64,000 bases of DNA, taken from Candidatus Obscuribacteraceae bacterium. GTDB taxonomy: Bacteria; Cyanobacteriota; Vampirovibrionia; Obscuribacterales; Obscuribacteraceae. The position numbers and the translations under genes are program-made. Within the stretch, counting starts at the first letter, position 1. Every line of letters begins with the position of its first letter. Shown piece by piece: positions 9,952-18,922 of this stretch. The notes under the pieces were generated by a model. That model made no database searches. It was not told the DNA's origin and worked only from the letters and a program-made list of their open reading frames with translations. The stretch lies in the NCBI GenBank assembly GCA_044226015.1, contig JBGAHS010000007.1, positions 448,001 to 512,000 on the forward strand, read 5' to 3'.

Positions 9952-10059
9952 TCCCAATCGACGCTCTTAAAATCAGGTTCAACTCAGCATAGCGTGCGGT
10001 TCTTGCTCGCATGCTGAAAACGTTATAGGTCTGTTTTATATTAACAGGAGGGTCGAGCC

Positions 10060-11373
10060 ATGACGACTGCTACTGCTATTCACACTGATTTGCACAAACT
10101 CTGGGCGAATGATTCACTCAATGAAAAGATTGAACTCTTCAAAGGTTTGCCTCTGGCAGATGCCCAAGAATTCTTCCGAGAGCTAAGCACCAGAAACCAA
10201 TTTGAAATCATCGAAAACTTGCCTGAACGTGAACAGACGGTCTGGCTGCGTTTGCTTGATCCCGATGATGCTGCAGACCTACTTCAAGAGGCGGAGCCTG
10301 CCGACATCGAGCACTACCTTCACTTGCTTGATTCAAACACGCGAGATGATGTGCAGGCTCTACTGATGTATAGAGAAGATGTGGCTGGCGGGCTCATGAG
10401 TCCGCGCTTCGTGCGCGTGCGCCCCGAGATGACAGTGTCTGAGGCCCTGACATACGTGCGTAAACAAGCTCGCGATGCTACCGAAACCATCTATACAATT
10501 TATGTCTTAGACGCCCAGCAAATCCTGCTTGGGGTGACTTCGTTGCGCAGTCTTATAACTGCTGATGCTCTTAAGAAAATCAAAGACGTGATGCGCTCCA
10601 GCGTAATCTCAGCTTCCGATCAAGCAGATCAGGAGGAATTGAGCCGCCTTTTCGCAGAGCATGACTTGATGGCTATTCCAATCGTCGATTCCCAAAACAG
10701 AATGAAAGGAATTGTCACCATCGATGACATAGTTGATGTTGTTGAAGAGGAGGCAACAGAGGATATTCAAAAGATTGGTGGCTCTGAAGTCTTAGGTGCC
10801 CCTTACCTTGATATATCTCTAGCCGAGATGATCAAGAAGCGAGGTGGTTGGCTCGTCATACTGTTCCTCAGTGAAATGCTGACAGCTAACGCCATGGGGC
10901 ACTTTCAAGATCAAATTTCCAAAGCGGTCATCTTGGCTGTTTTCATTCCGCTCGTGATCAGTAGCGGTGGCAACTCTGGCTCTCAGGCTTCAACGTTGAT
11001 CATTCGTGCGATGGCACTTGGCGAAGTGACTTTGCGCGATTGGTTTAAGGTTATGAAGAAAGAGCTAGTGACCGGATTCGCCCTTGGATTACTTTTGGGC
11101 GCGATTGGTTTTGCTCGCGTTATCGTATGGCAGCAGTTTTTTCCTGTTTACGGACCACACTATTTCTTGCTTGCAGCTACCATTGGACTTAGCTTGTTGG
11201 GCATAGTTATGTGGGGCACCCTGTCGGGTTCTCTCTTGCCTCTGATTCTGCGACGAGTTGGATTTGACCCGGCGACCGCATCCACTCCGTTCGTTGCGAC
11301 ACTCGTTGACGTAACAGGGCTGGTAATCTACTTCACCGTAGCTAGTGCCATTCTTCACGGAACCTTGCTTTAA
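10060..11373 (+). CDS. mgtE: Magnesium transporter MgtE
   Basis: N-domain DDAADLL, AGGLM, tandem CBS domains, SGGNSGSQ and DPATASTPFVATLVDVTG. Confidence 0.95.
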   Translation: MTTATAIHTDLHKLWANDSLNEKIELFKGLPLADAQEFFRELSTRNQFEIIENLPEREQTVWLRLLDPDDAADLLQEAEPADIEHYLHLLDSNTRDDVQALLMYREDVAGGLMSPRFVRVRPEMTVSEALTYVRKQARDATETIYTIYVLDAQQILLGVTSLRSLITADALKKIKDVMRSSVISASDQADQEELSRLFAEHDLMAIPIVDSQNRMKGIVTIDDIVDVVEEEATEDIQKIGGSEVLGAPYLDISLAEMIKKRGGWLVILFLSEMLTANAMGHFQDQISKAVILAVFIPLVISSGGNSGSQASTLIIRAMALGEVTLRDWFKVMKKELVTGFALGLLLGAIGFARVIVWQQFFPVYGPHYFLLAATIGLSLLGIVMWGTLSGSLLPLILRRVGFDPATASTPFVATLVDVTGLVIYFTVASAILHGTLL

Positions 11374-11409
11374 GGCAGCGTGATATGCGTTGTTATCAAT
11401 CTGACTTTG

Positions 11410-11440
11410 TGAGGGATCCATCCGCTTGATGGATCCCTCA
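11410..11440. terminator. Hairpin after mgtE
   Basis: Perfect 13-bp inverted repeat TGAGGGATCCATC/GATGGATCCCTCA with a 5-nt loop. Confidence 0.65.
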
Positions 11441-11461
11441 GCTTGCTTATCTTGTTCTTTC

Positions 11462-11612
11462 TGGAGGATCCAGTCTGCTACTGGGGATCCTGATTGCTAC
11501 TGGGGATTCTGAATTGCTACTGAAGGAGCCTGATTGCTACTGCGAATTCTGAATTGCTACTGAAGGATCCTGATTGCTACTGAAAGATCCCGAATGCGCC
11601 AGAAGGATTCTG
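11462..11612. repeat. Degenerate ~20-bp tandem repeat
   Basis: Core TGCTACTG at 11476, 11495, 11515, 11535, 11555 and 11575. Confidence 0.85.
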
Positions 11613-11685
11613 AGCTGTTCCTTCCTGACGTTCTTCGTGCTAATCTTAGGTTCGGTTAGGTTAGGCTTTTCCATCAAGGCGAGTC

Positions 11686-12066
11686 ATGCGTTCAGTTATT
11701 GTCTACCTGAAATCGGCAAGTGATGATGAAGTGCTAGATTTCTTGCAAAGTCATTTTGATTCTTCTGAAGCCCCGCCCTGGTATCTGAAGAGTGGAGACA
11801 ACATCATTTTGACGATCACCGCCTATAGTGACTTCAACGCAGAAAGTTCTGTACAAAATGAACTGGGTTATTCGCCTTCAATCGCCGTGCTTGCTGAGGT
11901 TTCTAAACGCCATCCTGGTGATGCCGAGATTCACTTTTTTGTATCCTCCCTACTCAATCGGTTTGAGGGTCACGCCGGTGATGAGTATTCCAATCACATT
12001 TGGACAATAGAAGAGATCGAATCAGGAACGGAGTTTGACGGTCATAAGTTTTTCGATTATGAGTAG
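11686..12066 (+). CDS. Hypothetical acidic protein
   Basis: 126-aa ORF with ATG and plausible composition; no recognised motif. Confidence 0.6.
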   Translation: MRSVIVYLKSASDDEVLDFLQSHFDSSEAPPWYLKSGDNIILTITAYSDFNAESSVQNELGYSPSIAVLAEVSKRHPGDAEIHFFVSSLLNRFEGHAGDEYSNHIWTIEEIESGTEFDGHKFFDYE

Positions 12067-12130
12067 CTTTGATTACGAGTATTGATCGGCTTTAAGAGCG
12101 GTATGGCGTCCGGCAGGGTATGGCGAAAAA

Positions 12131-13066
12131 ATGGTTGAATTGAATTTATGCGGACTCAAAATTGATTCTATCGTTTTAGCTGAACTAATCGGACAGGGAA
12201 GTTTTGGTCAGGTTTATAGAGGAGTCGATGCTCTGGGTAACTCCTGCGCTGTGAAAGTAGCTCTCAAAAATGAGAGCTTGCAATTGACAGAGGCTCTGGC
12301 TATTTATTCGGGTAGTTACGGTAAAGTGCATCCATTGCCTGAGAAGCTACTCGAAGTCCAGTACAAAAGAGTGTCAGCGGCTCCGGGCTTGTTTCCCCTT
12401 ACAGAATCTACTCAGTATGCTGGAAACTACTCGTATCTGAAAATGAATCTTGTAAATGGAATGACCCTGAGAGCTTTTCTAGCAAAGGGCTTAGAAATCA
12501 CTGGGAAGTTGCAACTTGCTATCAGGCTATACGAGTGCTTTGATCAACTCGTGAAATCAAAGCTAAAGTACCATGGCGACCTCAAGCCAGAGAATATCAT
12601 GGTAACGGAAAAGGAAATAATTCTGCTCGACCCTGGCTACTTTGGCTCAATGTCATGTACTGAAGGACTGATACCAAACGTGGTGATAAGCTCTCCACTC
12701 TATTATCCACGCCTTGAGCCGGACGATACGTTTGCTGCCGGTTCTATTCTGTGGGAAATGTTTGCTGCTAAACCAGTTTTAAGCGTCAGTGAGTCTACTG
12801 AGGACGACCGTGTATTAGTAGCCGCAGAGTCATTGCAATCTGAAATCGCATACCAGGAAATGTTGGGACGCTACTTCCTCTCGCCTTTGAGAAGTCTCGC
12901 CATTCCTGCGGAAGTTTCACAGTTGCCTATCGAGCTGCAGGACATATTGCTCGCTTCCTTAGGTTTGATACTGAAAGACGAGACCTTGTCGTTAGATAAA
13001 GAACAAGCTTCCATTGCGTCGATTTTGTCACGCTTGCAAGCTTGCCAGCTGTCCTCATTGATTTGA
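12131..13066 (+). CDS. Ser/Thr protein kinase (Hanks-type)
   Basis: GQGSFGQVY, CAVK, HGDLKPEN and LLDPG. Confidence 0.8.
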   Translation: MVELNLCGLKIDSIVLAELIGQGSFGQVYRGVDALGNSCAVKVALKNESLQLTEALAIYSGSYGKVHPLPEKLLEVQYKRVSAAPGLFPLTESTQYAGNYSYLKMNLVNGMTLRAFLAKGLEITGKLQLAIRLYECFDQLVKSKLKYHGDLKPENIMVTEKEIILLDPGYFGSMSCTEGLIPNVVISSPLYYPRLEPDDTFAAGSILWEMFAAKPVLSVSESTEDDRVLVAAESLQSEIAYQEMLGRYFLSPLRSLAIPAEVSQLPIELQDILLASLGLILKDETLSLDKEQASIASILSRLQACQLSSLI

Positions 13067-13161
13067 AAGGCTAGCTTTACTTAATCAAGATTCAAGCTAA
13101 TTCAAAAATTGACCCGCTTGAACGCAATTGAGATAGGATCATTAACTGGCGTGCTAGTCGA

Positions 13162-14505
13162 ATGGAGCCAATCTTGACAAGAATCTCATTGAGAACAAAA
13201 AAACTTTGCTGTACTTGGCTTTGCGGGACGCTTGCATTCGTTGCACCATATGCCTCTCTGGCGAGTGACAATGCTCCAGTGGGAAAACCTGCCAGGTTGG
13301 AAAGTATCGAAGCATTCGCCAGCAAATTTCGGGACAGCAACTCCGATCTGGTAACAATGTTTCGTTCTGGGTTGACTAATGCAGAGCAGAAGCAGTCGTT
13401 TGAAGAATTGGACGGAAGTATTTATGTTCAGACCGGCGATATTCCGGCAGAATGGCTGCGAGACAGTAGTGCCCAGGTTCGTCCTTATCTTTATTTTGTG
13501 AACAAAGACGAAAAGGTTCGTGATTATTTGCGCAAAGTAATTGCGCGGCAAGCTGAGTATTTGACCATAGATCCCTATGCTAATGCTTTTCGTGAGGATA
13601 AGTCAGTTTGGGAACAAAAGTATGAGTTGGACTCGTTGTGTTATCCCATAATTCTCGCGTGGACATACTGGAAGCTCAGTGGTGATGCCACTATCTTTAC
13701 CGACACCTTTCAAAAGGCAATGCACCGTGTGATTGAAACGATGCGGACCGAGCAAGATCACGCGAAAAGCTCTCAATATACTCACAAAGAGTTGCTAAAT
13801 GGCAAAGGACGTGAAGTTGGAAAATGTGGCATGGTATGGATGGGCTTCAGACCATCAGACGACGCATGCTATTACAATTATTTGATTCCGTCAGAGATGA
13901 TGGCTGTTGTTGCTTTGCGTGCCTTAATCGAGATTGAAACAAGTGTATTCAAGGACAGAAAATTCCTCGCTGATATCAAAGCACTAAGGAATGAGATTGA
14001 TGCGGGTATCAAGAAATTTGCTATCGTCAACGACAAGAAGTTTGGAAAAGTCTATGCTTTCGAGGTAGATGGGTTAGGCAATTACACCCTGGAGGATGAC
14101 GCGAACATCCCGAGTCTTCTGTCTTTGCCTTATCTCGGTTATGTTTCCAATGATGATCGAGTCTATCTAAACACCAGAAAGATGATTCTCAGCAAGGCCA
14201 ACAAGAATTTTGCGGAAGGGAAAGTTGCTTCGGGAATTGGTAGCGAGCACACGCCTAAGACATACATCTGGCCACTGGCAATGATAATGGATGCGCTTAC
14301 TGAAAACGATAAGCAGCGCTACTCGCTTGTTTTGAAACAAATACTCGCAAGCGACCCTGGTGATCATTTGTTGCATGAATCGTTCGATCCTGATGACCAG
14401 AAGAAATTTACAAGACCAGACTTCGGTTGGCCGAACGCCTTGTTTGCAGAACTGATTTTGCTAAAAAAGGAAAAAATGATGGAATTACCAGTTCCACGAA
14501 AATAA
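13162..14505 (+). CDS. Glycoside hydrolase family 125 (exo-alpha-1,6-mannosidase-like), secreted
   Basis: TGDIPAEWLRDSSAQ, DPYANAF, EQKYELDSL, FRPSDDAC, DDANIPSLLSLPY and FGWPN. Confidence 0.9.
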   Translation: MEPILTRISLRTKKLCCTWLCGTLAFVAPYASLASDNAPVGKPARLESIEAFASKFRDSNSDLVTMFRSGLTNAEQKQSFEELDGSIYVQTGDIPAEWLRDSSAQVRPYLYFVNKDEKVRDYLRKVIARQAEYLTIDPYANAFREDKSVWEQKYELDSLCYPIILAWTYWKLSGDATIFTDTFQKAMHRVIETMRTEQDHAKSSQYTHKELLNGKGREVGKCGMVWMGFRPSDDACYYNYLIPSEMMAVVALRALIEIETSVFKDRKFLADIKALRNEIDAGIKKFAIVNDKKFGKVYAFEVDGLGNYTLEDDANIPSLLSLPYLGYVSNDDRVYLNTRKMILSKANKNFAEGKVASGIGSEHTPKTYIWPLAMIMDALTENDKQRYSLVLKQILASDPGDHLLHESFDPDDQKKFTRPDFGWPNALFAELILLKKEKMMELPVPRK

Positions 14506-14524
14506 CGATTGAAACAATGAAGGC

Positions 14525-15511
14525 ATGAATATGAGAAAGTTGATTTTTGCAGTTGAAGACACACAGGTGGTTCGAAGAGCCACAGAATGGCTTGCCTCAA
14601 GCGGAATTTTCAGTGGCAGTGACATAGCAGTTGTTAACGCGTGTCCTCGAGCTAGCGAAGATGCCCCTATAACCATTGAGTGTAAGAATCGGTTCGAGGA
14701 AGTTTACTCTGACGCTAGATTTCAAGCTATCACTCTGAATGGTGGCACGAACAATTTGCTCGACTTTGCTTCCAATAACAACTGTGAGCTATTGGTCGTT
14801 GCAAAAACTGAGCGTTCCAGTCTGGATAAATTACTCCATGGCAGCGTGAGCCAGCAATTACTTGAGCATTCCAACTGTCCAGTGCTTCTTGCCAAGGACT
14901 GTATTCCGGAAGCCGCAGGCAACGTGATTATTGCTGTTGATGATTCGTCAAACTCTGCAGCGGCTTTAGAATGGGCATCGAGGCAGCTATGGCTAAAACA
15001 AAAAAGAGTACTTTTGCTTTCGGTAATTAGACCTGCTTCTGCGGGTATCAACTCGTTTACGAGTACAGCTCAAGCCGCTGAGACCTTGCTTAAGAGGCAG
15101 GTTGAAGAATCGGTTTTGAGTTTGCTTCTCGAAGCGTGGGGAGACTTGCTAGCGCAGCGCCTCGATAGAGCAAGCGTGCCATTCATGATTCCTGAAGGTG
15201 AAGCGAAGGATGCAATTCTTGAGACTGCAAGAATGTGGCCAGCCGAACTAATCGTCATGGGAACACACGGGCGTTCCGGACTAAACAAGCTCATGCTAGG
15301 AAGTGTTTCACAATCTGTTTCGGTGTCGGCCCCATGTTCTTGCCTGGTCATCCGCACTGACGAATCGCTGGATGGTGACTTCAATAAAGTGAGAACTGAA
15401 ATAGAGAACTCAAGTGAATTATTCCGTGCCAGAAAAGAAAAGCCGCACCCAGCAAGGGTGTCGTCTTCGTGTGTGGGGACAGACTTGAATGGTTTCTTTA
15501 TTAATTTCTAA
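14525..15511 (+). CDS. Tandem universal stress protein
   Basis: Two USP domains: LLHGSVSQQLL..SNCPVL and IVMGTHGRSGL.KLMLGSVS. Confidence 0.88.
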   Translation: MNMRKLIFAVEDTQVVRRATEWLASSGIFSGSDIAVVNACPRASEDAPITIECKNRFEEVYSDARFQAITLNGGTNNLLDFASNNNCELLVVAKTERSSLDKLLHGSVSQQLLEHSNCPVLLAKDCIPEAAGNVIIAVDDSSNSAAALEWASRQLWLKQKRVLLLSVIRPASAGINSFTSTAQAAETLLKRQVEESVLSLLLEAWGDLLAQRLDRASVPFMIPEGEAKDAILETARMWPAELIVMGTHGRSGLNKLMLGSVSQSVSVSAPCSCLVIRTDESLDGDFNKVRTEIENSSELFRARKEKPHPARVSSSCVGTDLNGFFINF

Positions 15512-15560
15512 AAATTGAGTTTAGTCTACGTTTCTTTCTGTTTACTCATCAACCAATAGA

Positions 15561-16433
15561 TTGATGGGTAGAGAATTTGAACTTGATAAAATCTGCAAGC
15601 TCATCAATGTGAGGTATACCTTGGAACTTTTTATCCTTTCTTTTATAGTCTTCTACTTTTACCATACACAGGGTATCACTCTCGGCTATCACCGCTTGCT
15701 TTCGCACAAGTCGTACAAAGTTCCGAAGTGGTTAGAGTACTTCATTGTTTCAGGGGCCTACCTCGCTGTTGAGGGGGCACCAATCTTTTGGGTGACCACT
15801 CACAGGCTGCATCATCGCTTCTCTGACCATAAGGGCGATCCGCATTCACCACTTGATGGGCTCTGGCATGCATTCATTGAATGGATGTGGAAGCCGAATG
15901 TAGCCATCTCCGAAAAAGACAGCAAGGAGATTGCACCTGATTTATATCGCGACCCTGTTTACAGATTCTTGCATTGCAATCACTCAAATAAAGATGGGTA
16001 TCTCTGCTTAGCAATCGCTATTGCATTTCGTGTTGCTATTTATTTCTTGTTTGGACCAGTGGTTCTAGCAGCTAATATTCTGGCTACAGTTATGGGTTTC
16101 CTTGGTCCTTTGCTCGTTAATTCGATCTGTCATTTGCGCCAATATGGCTATGAGACCTACCCTTGTGGTGATAACAGTCGCAATGTCTGGTTTGTTGCCG
16201 CTTTGAGTATGGGTGAAGGTTGGCACAACAACCATCATGCGTTTCCTCAATCTGCGCGTCACGGTCTTAAGCCATCAGAAATTGATCCTACATGGATCAC
16301 TATTTCGATTCTCAAGGCATTGGGCCTGGCGACGGATATTCGCTATGCCAAGAATGTTTCAGTGATGACACACTTGATGGATGAGGAATCGGAGGAGACT
16401 CCAACACCTGAGCCCGAAAAGGTACTCAAATAA
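15561..16433 (+). CDS. Delta-9 acyl-lipid/acyl-CoA desaturase (DesC-like)
   Basis: His boxes GYHRLLSH, HRLHH and GEGWHNNHH; VPKWLEYF as in cyanobacterial DesC. Confidence 0.9.
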   Translation: MMGREFELDKICKLINVRYTLELFILSFIVFYFYHTQGITLGYHRLLSHKSYKVPKWLEYFIVSGAYLAVEGAPIFWVTTHRLHHRFSDHKGDPHSPLDGLWHAFIEWMWKPNVAISEKDSKEIAPDLYRDPVYRFLHCNHSNKDGYLCLAIAIAFRVAIYFLFGPVVLAANILATVMGFLGPLLVNSICHLRQYGYETYPCGDNSRNVWFVAALSMGEGWHNNHHAFPQSARHGLKPSEIDPTWITISILKALGLATDIRYAKNVSVMTHLMDEESEETPTPEPEKVLK

Positions 16434-16471
16434 ATTTTCAGGACTGCTCAACAGTCATCCAAACTTGCAAC

Positions 16472-16518
16472 GCACGATAAGGCTCGCTTCCCCTACCTGA
16501 TGCGAGCCTCGTGCTTTT
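16472..16518 (+). terminator. Putative intrinsic terminator of the desaturase
   Basis: GCACGA..GGCTCGC / GCGAGCC.TCGTGC stem followed by TTTT. Confidence 0.5.
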
Positions 16519-16735
16519 GATGCATTTTCTCGATGGGGGTGATTCGGATTCTTGAGTTTGTATAATTGTGCAAATAGAGTTTTCATTTTCGAGCCGATCA
16601 AATAAAAGTGATTCATTAAGTGTGGTGGTGGTAGTTATTGTTGCTGATCGATCGTGTACATTTCGAACTAAATGTAGGTGATGATCAGGTGACAAATTGT
16701 AGAATCTGCGACCATGTGGCAAGTAGCGGTGTAAT

Positions 16736-16769
16736 AAAAACGTCCCATCCGCGTTCGGAAGGGACGTTT
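16736..16769 (-). terminator. Intrinsic terminator of the otsA-like gene
   Basis: AAACGTCCC…GGGACGTTT inverted repeat with a U-tract on the minus strand. Confidence 0.6.
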
Positions 16770-16824
16770 GAAGGAGAACGGGCGTCAGTAAAAGTTTTGA
16801 ACGAACTTGGCATTCGGAGCTGAT

Positions 16825-18159
16825 TTACGCTGAATTCTCGAGTAAATTTCGAGTAGGGAGCGCGTTGGAACTGCACTCTTTGTTCAGATTCTTCCACCAG
16901 GAATCTAGCGAACAGCTGCGCAAGATGCGCTTGGAGTGTCTCAAGTTTGTACTATGTTGGTCGTTGGATGTTGCAACTAGGACAGAAAGTGCCTTTGCAA
17001 TATGCTCCGACTGATGCCCGTCAATCGTGAGTACATGCTCTTTCAGTTCGTGCCAGGCCCCAGTTCCTTTCGATAAAACGAGCGCTGCGTGGGGGTTGAC
17101 AGTCGATGCAATAAATTCCTTTGCTGTCAGGTTCAAACCGTCAACCCGAGCATTGATCAACATTGCCTTGGCATGGGCGTACCATGATGCCAACTCTTCC
17201 ATTTCGAGAGGGTCTTCTATCCATCTTATCGGTTCCCAATCAGCAAACGCCAAGTTGCGAGTAATCGATTCATACAGCTCTCTGCATTCTTGCCAGTATT
17301 GGTCGAAAGCTGAAAGACCTGTGCGAGTTTTTTGGCAAAGGAATACAAATTGTATTTTTCCTAACTGCTCTGGATTTTGTGCATAGAATAATTGAATGGC
17401 ATGAAGACGCTCCAAAATACCTTTTGAATAGTCTGCTCGATCAACAGAAAGAATGTAAGGAACATCATGTCCGGGCGCGACAGACCGCCTGCCGAGCCTG
17501 TTCCAGCGATGATAATCAATTTGTGCTGGGTTGCTTATCAGCTCAGTAAACTGGGTTGCACTTTGAACGATGACTGCACCCTCTACATAGTGAACTTTGG
17601 CTTCAGGAATAAACTCCTCTACGAAGTTACAGAAGTTTTGCACGTATTGTTGGGTGTGGAAGCCAACTCTATCATTGTGCAAGATTCCCTGGGCAATTTG
17701 TATCAAAGGCTCTGCCATTGATTGCAAGCATGTTGTTGGCCAGGGAATATGCCAGAAATGGGTCAGTTTGGCTGGACGGTTTTTCAGGAACGCTGGCAGT
17801 ATTGCAAATTGATAGTCGTTTGTGAAAACATGTTCGCTATCACTCATTTCAGCCTTCAAATTGACTGCTAGAGCCAGGTTCATTGAGACATAAGCGTCGT
17901 GTGCCCTTTTGTCATATTGAACAAGATCAAATCGCTCGTGCATCAACGGCCACAAAAATTCATTTGCATATTTGTAATGACCATCCACGACTTCAGCTGA
18001 AATACTTGCACTAGTCTTAGCTTGCTTATTCTCACGAACTTGAAGCAGATTCCGATTGATGTGCCACCACTTTGTTTTGCTTTCACCTTTAAGACCGTGC
18101 TGAATCAGCTTCGATACGCCTCCAGCCTGTGATGGTCCTCTGTAGGAAACAATATGCAT
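16825..18159 (-). CDS. otsA: Trehalose-6-phosphate synthase (GT20)
   Basis: AGG loop, LWPLMH, NDYQF, HFWHIPWP, VDRADYSKG and DGLNLTAKEF. Confidence 0.8.
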   Translation of the reverse strand: MHIVSYRGPSQAGGVSKLIQHGLKGESKTKWWHINRNLLQVRENKQAKTSASISAEVVDGHYKYANEFLWPLMHERFDLVQYDKRAHDAYVSMNLALAVNLKAEMSDSEHVFTNDYQFAILPAFLKNRPAKLTHFWHIPWPTTCLQSMAEPLIQIAQGILHNDRVGFHTQQYVQNFCNFVEEFIPEAKVHYVEGAVIVQSATQFTELISNPAQIDYHRWNRLGRRSVAPGHDVPYILSVDRADYSKGILERLHAIQLFYAQNPEQLGKIQFVFLCQKTRTGLSAFDQYWQECRELYESITRNLAFADWEPIRWIEDPLEMEELASWYAHAKAMLINARVDGLNLTAKEFIASTVNPHAALVLSKGTGAWHELKEHVLTIDGHQSEHIAKALSVLVATSNDQHSTNLRHSKRILRSCSLDSWWKNLNKECSSNALPTRNLLENSA

Positions 18160-18262
18160 AATCTCTCCTCAGCATTTCTTGACTCGATGATTTGAGATTA
18201 GCTGTTCGATTCTTTCGGATCTCTTTCAGCGAAATGAATCGCTGGAGTGCTAAATTGAATAT

Positions 18263-18922
18263 ATGAAGTTACTTTTGATTGAAGACGACAATCAAGTCGC
18301 GGATGCCTTATTGCTGGCTCTCAGAGCCAGCGATTACCTTGTAGACCGGGTTGCCGATGGATCCAGCGCAGAGATATTTGCGTCGACCAATCCCTACGAC
18401 GCTTTTATTTTAGACCTTGGTCTACCTGATATGAATGGCCTCGATTTCTTAAAACGTATCAGGCGAAAGAATATATCGACTCCAGTCCTCATTCTCACAG
18501 CAAAAGACAGTTACGAAGAGCGCATTGAAGGACTAAACTCTGGCGCAAATGATTATGTCGTTAAGCCGTTCCATTTTGGTGAGCTCGAAGCCAGAATACG
18601 TGCTATTTTGCGCACGACATGCAACAACGCGACTCACATAAATGTCGGTGAACTTGTGTTTGATACCGTAGGTAGAGTGCTACGCCGAGGAGAGCACTTA
18701 ATTGATTTGTCTCCTCGTGAGCTCTCTGTCCTGGAAATATTGCTTTTGAATTTGGGAAATCTGGTGACGAAACAGCGCTTGTCGTCGCAATTGAGCGATT
18801 GGGATGAGCCTGTCACCTACAACGCTATAGATATTATTGTGTATCGCCTGCGCAAGAAATTAGAACCGTATGGACTCAGACTTCAGACAATTCGGGGGTT
18901 GGGTTTTCTTGCAGAGCAATGA
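18263..18922 (+). CDS. OmpR-family response regulator (QseB/TctD-like)
   Basis: LLIEDD, LDLGLPD, KPF and a winged-helix TIRGLGF. Confidence 0.92.
   Translation: MKLLLIEDDNQVADALLLALRASDYLVDRVADGSSAEIFASTNPYDAFILDLGLPDMNGLDFLKRIRRKNISTPVLILTAKDSYEERIEGLNSGANDYVVKPFHFGELEARIRAILRTTCNNATHINVGELVFDTVGRVLRRGEHLIDLSPRELSVLEILLLNLGNLVTKQRLSSQLSDWDEPVTYNAIDIIVYRLRKKLEPYGLRLQTIRGLGFLAEQ

Noticed and set aside
9835..10059. M-box (ykoK) riboswitch
   Set aside because: I could not find the conserved M-box sequence blocks by eye; an Infernal scan is needed to exclude it formally.
11462..11612. Mini-CRISPR or iteron origin
   Set aside because: The 20-bp period leaves no spacer, and no Rep or cas gene is nearby.
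16438..16722. 94-aa minus-strand ORF
   Set aside because: It lies between two terminators of convergent genes, has a TTG start and shows no motif.
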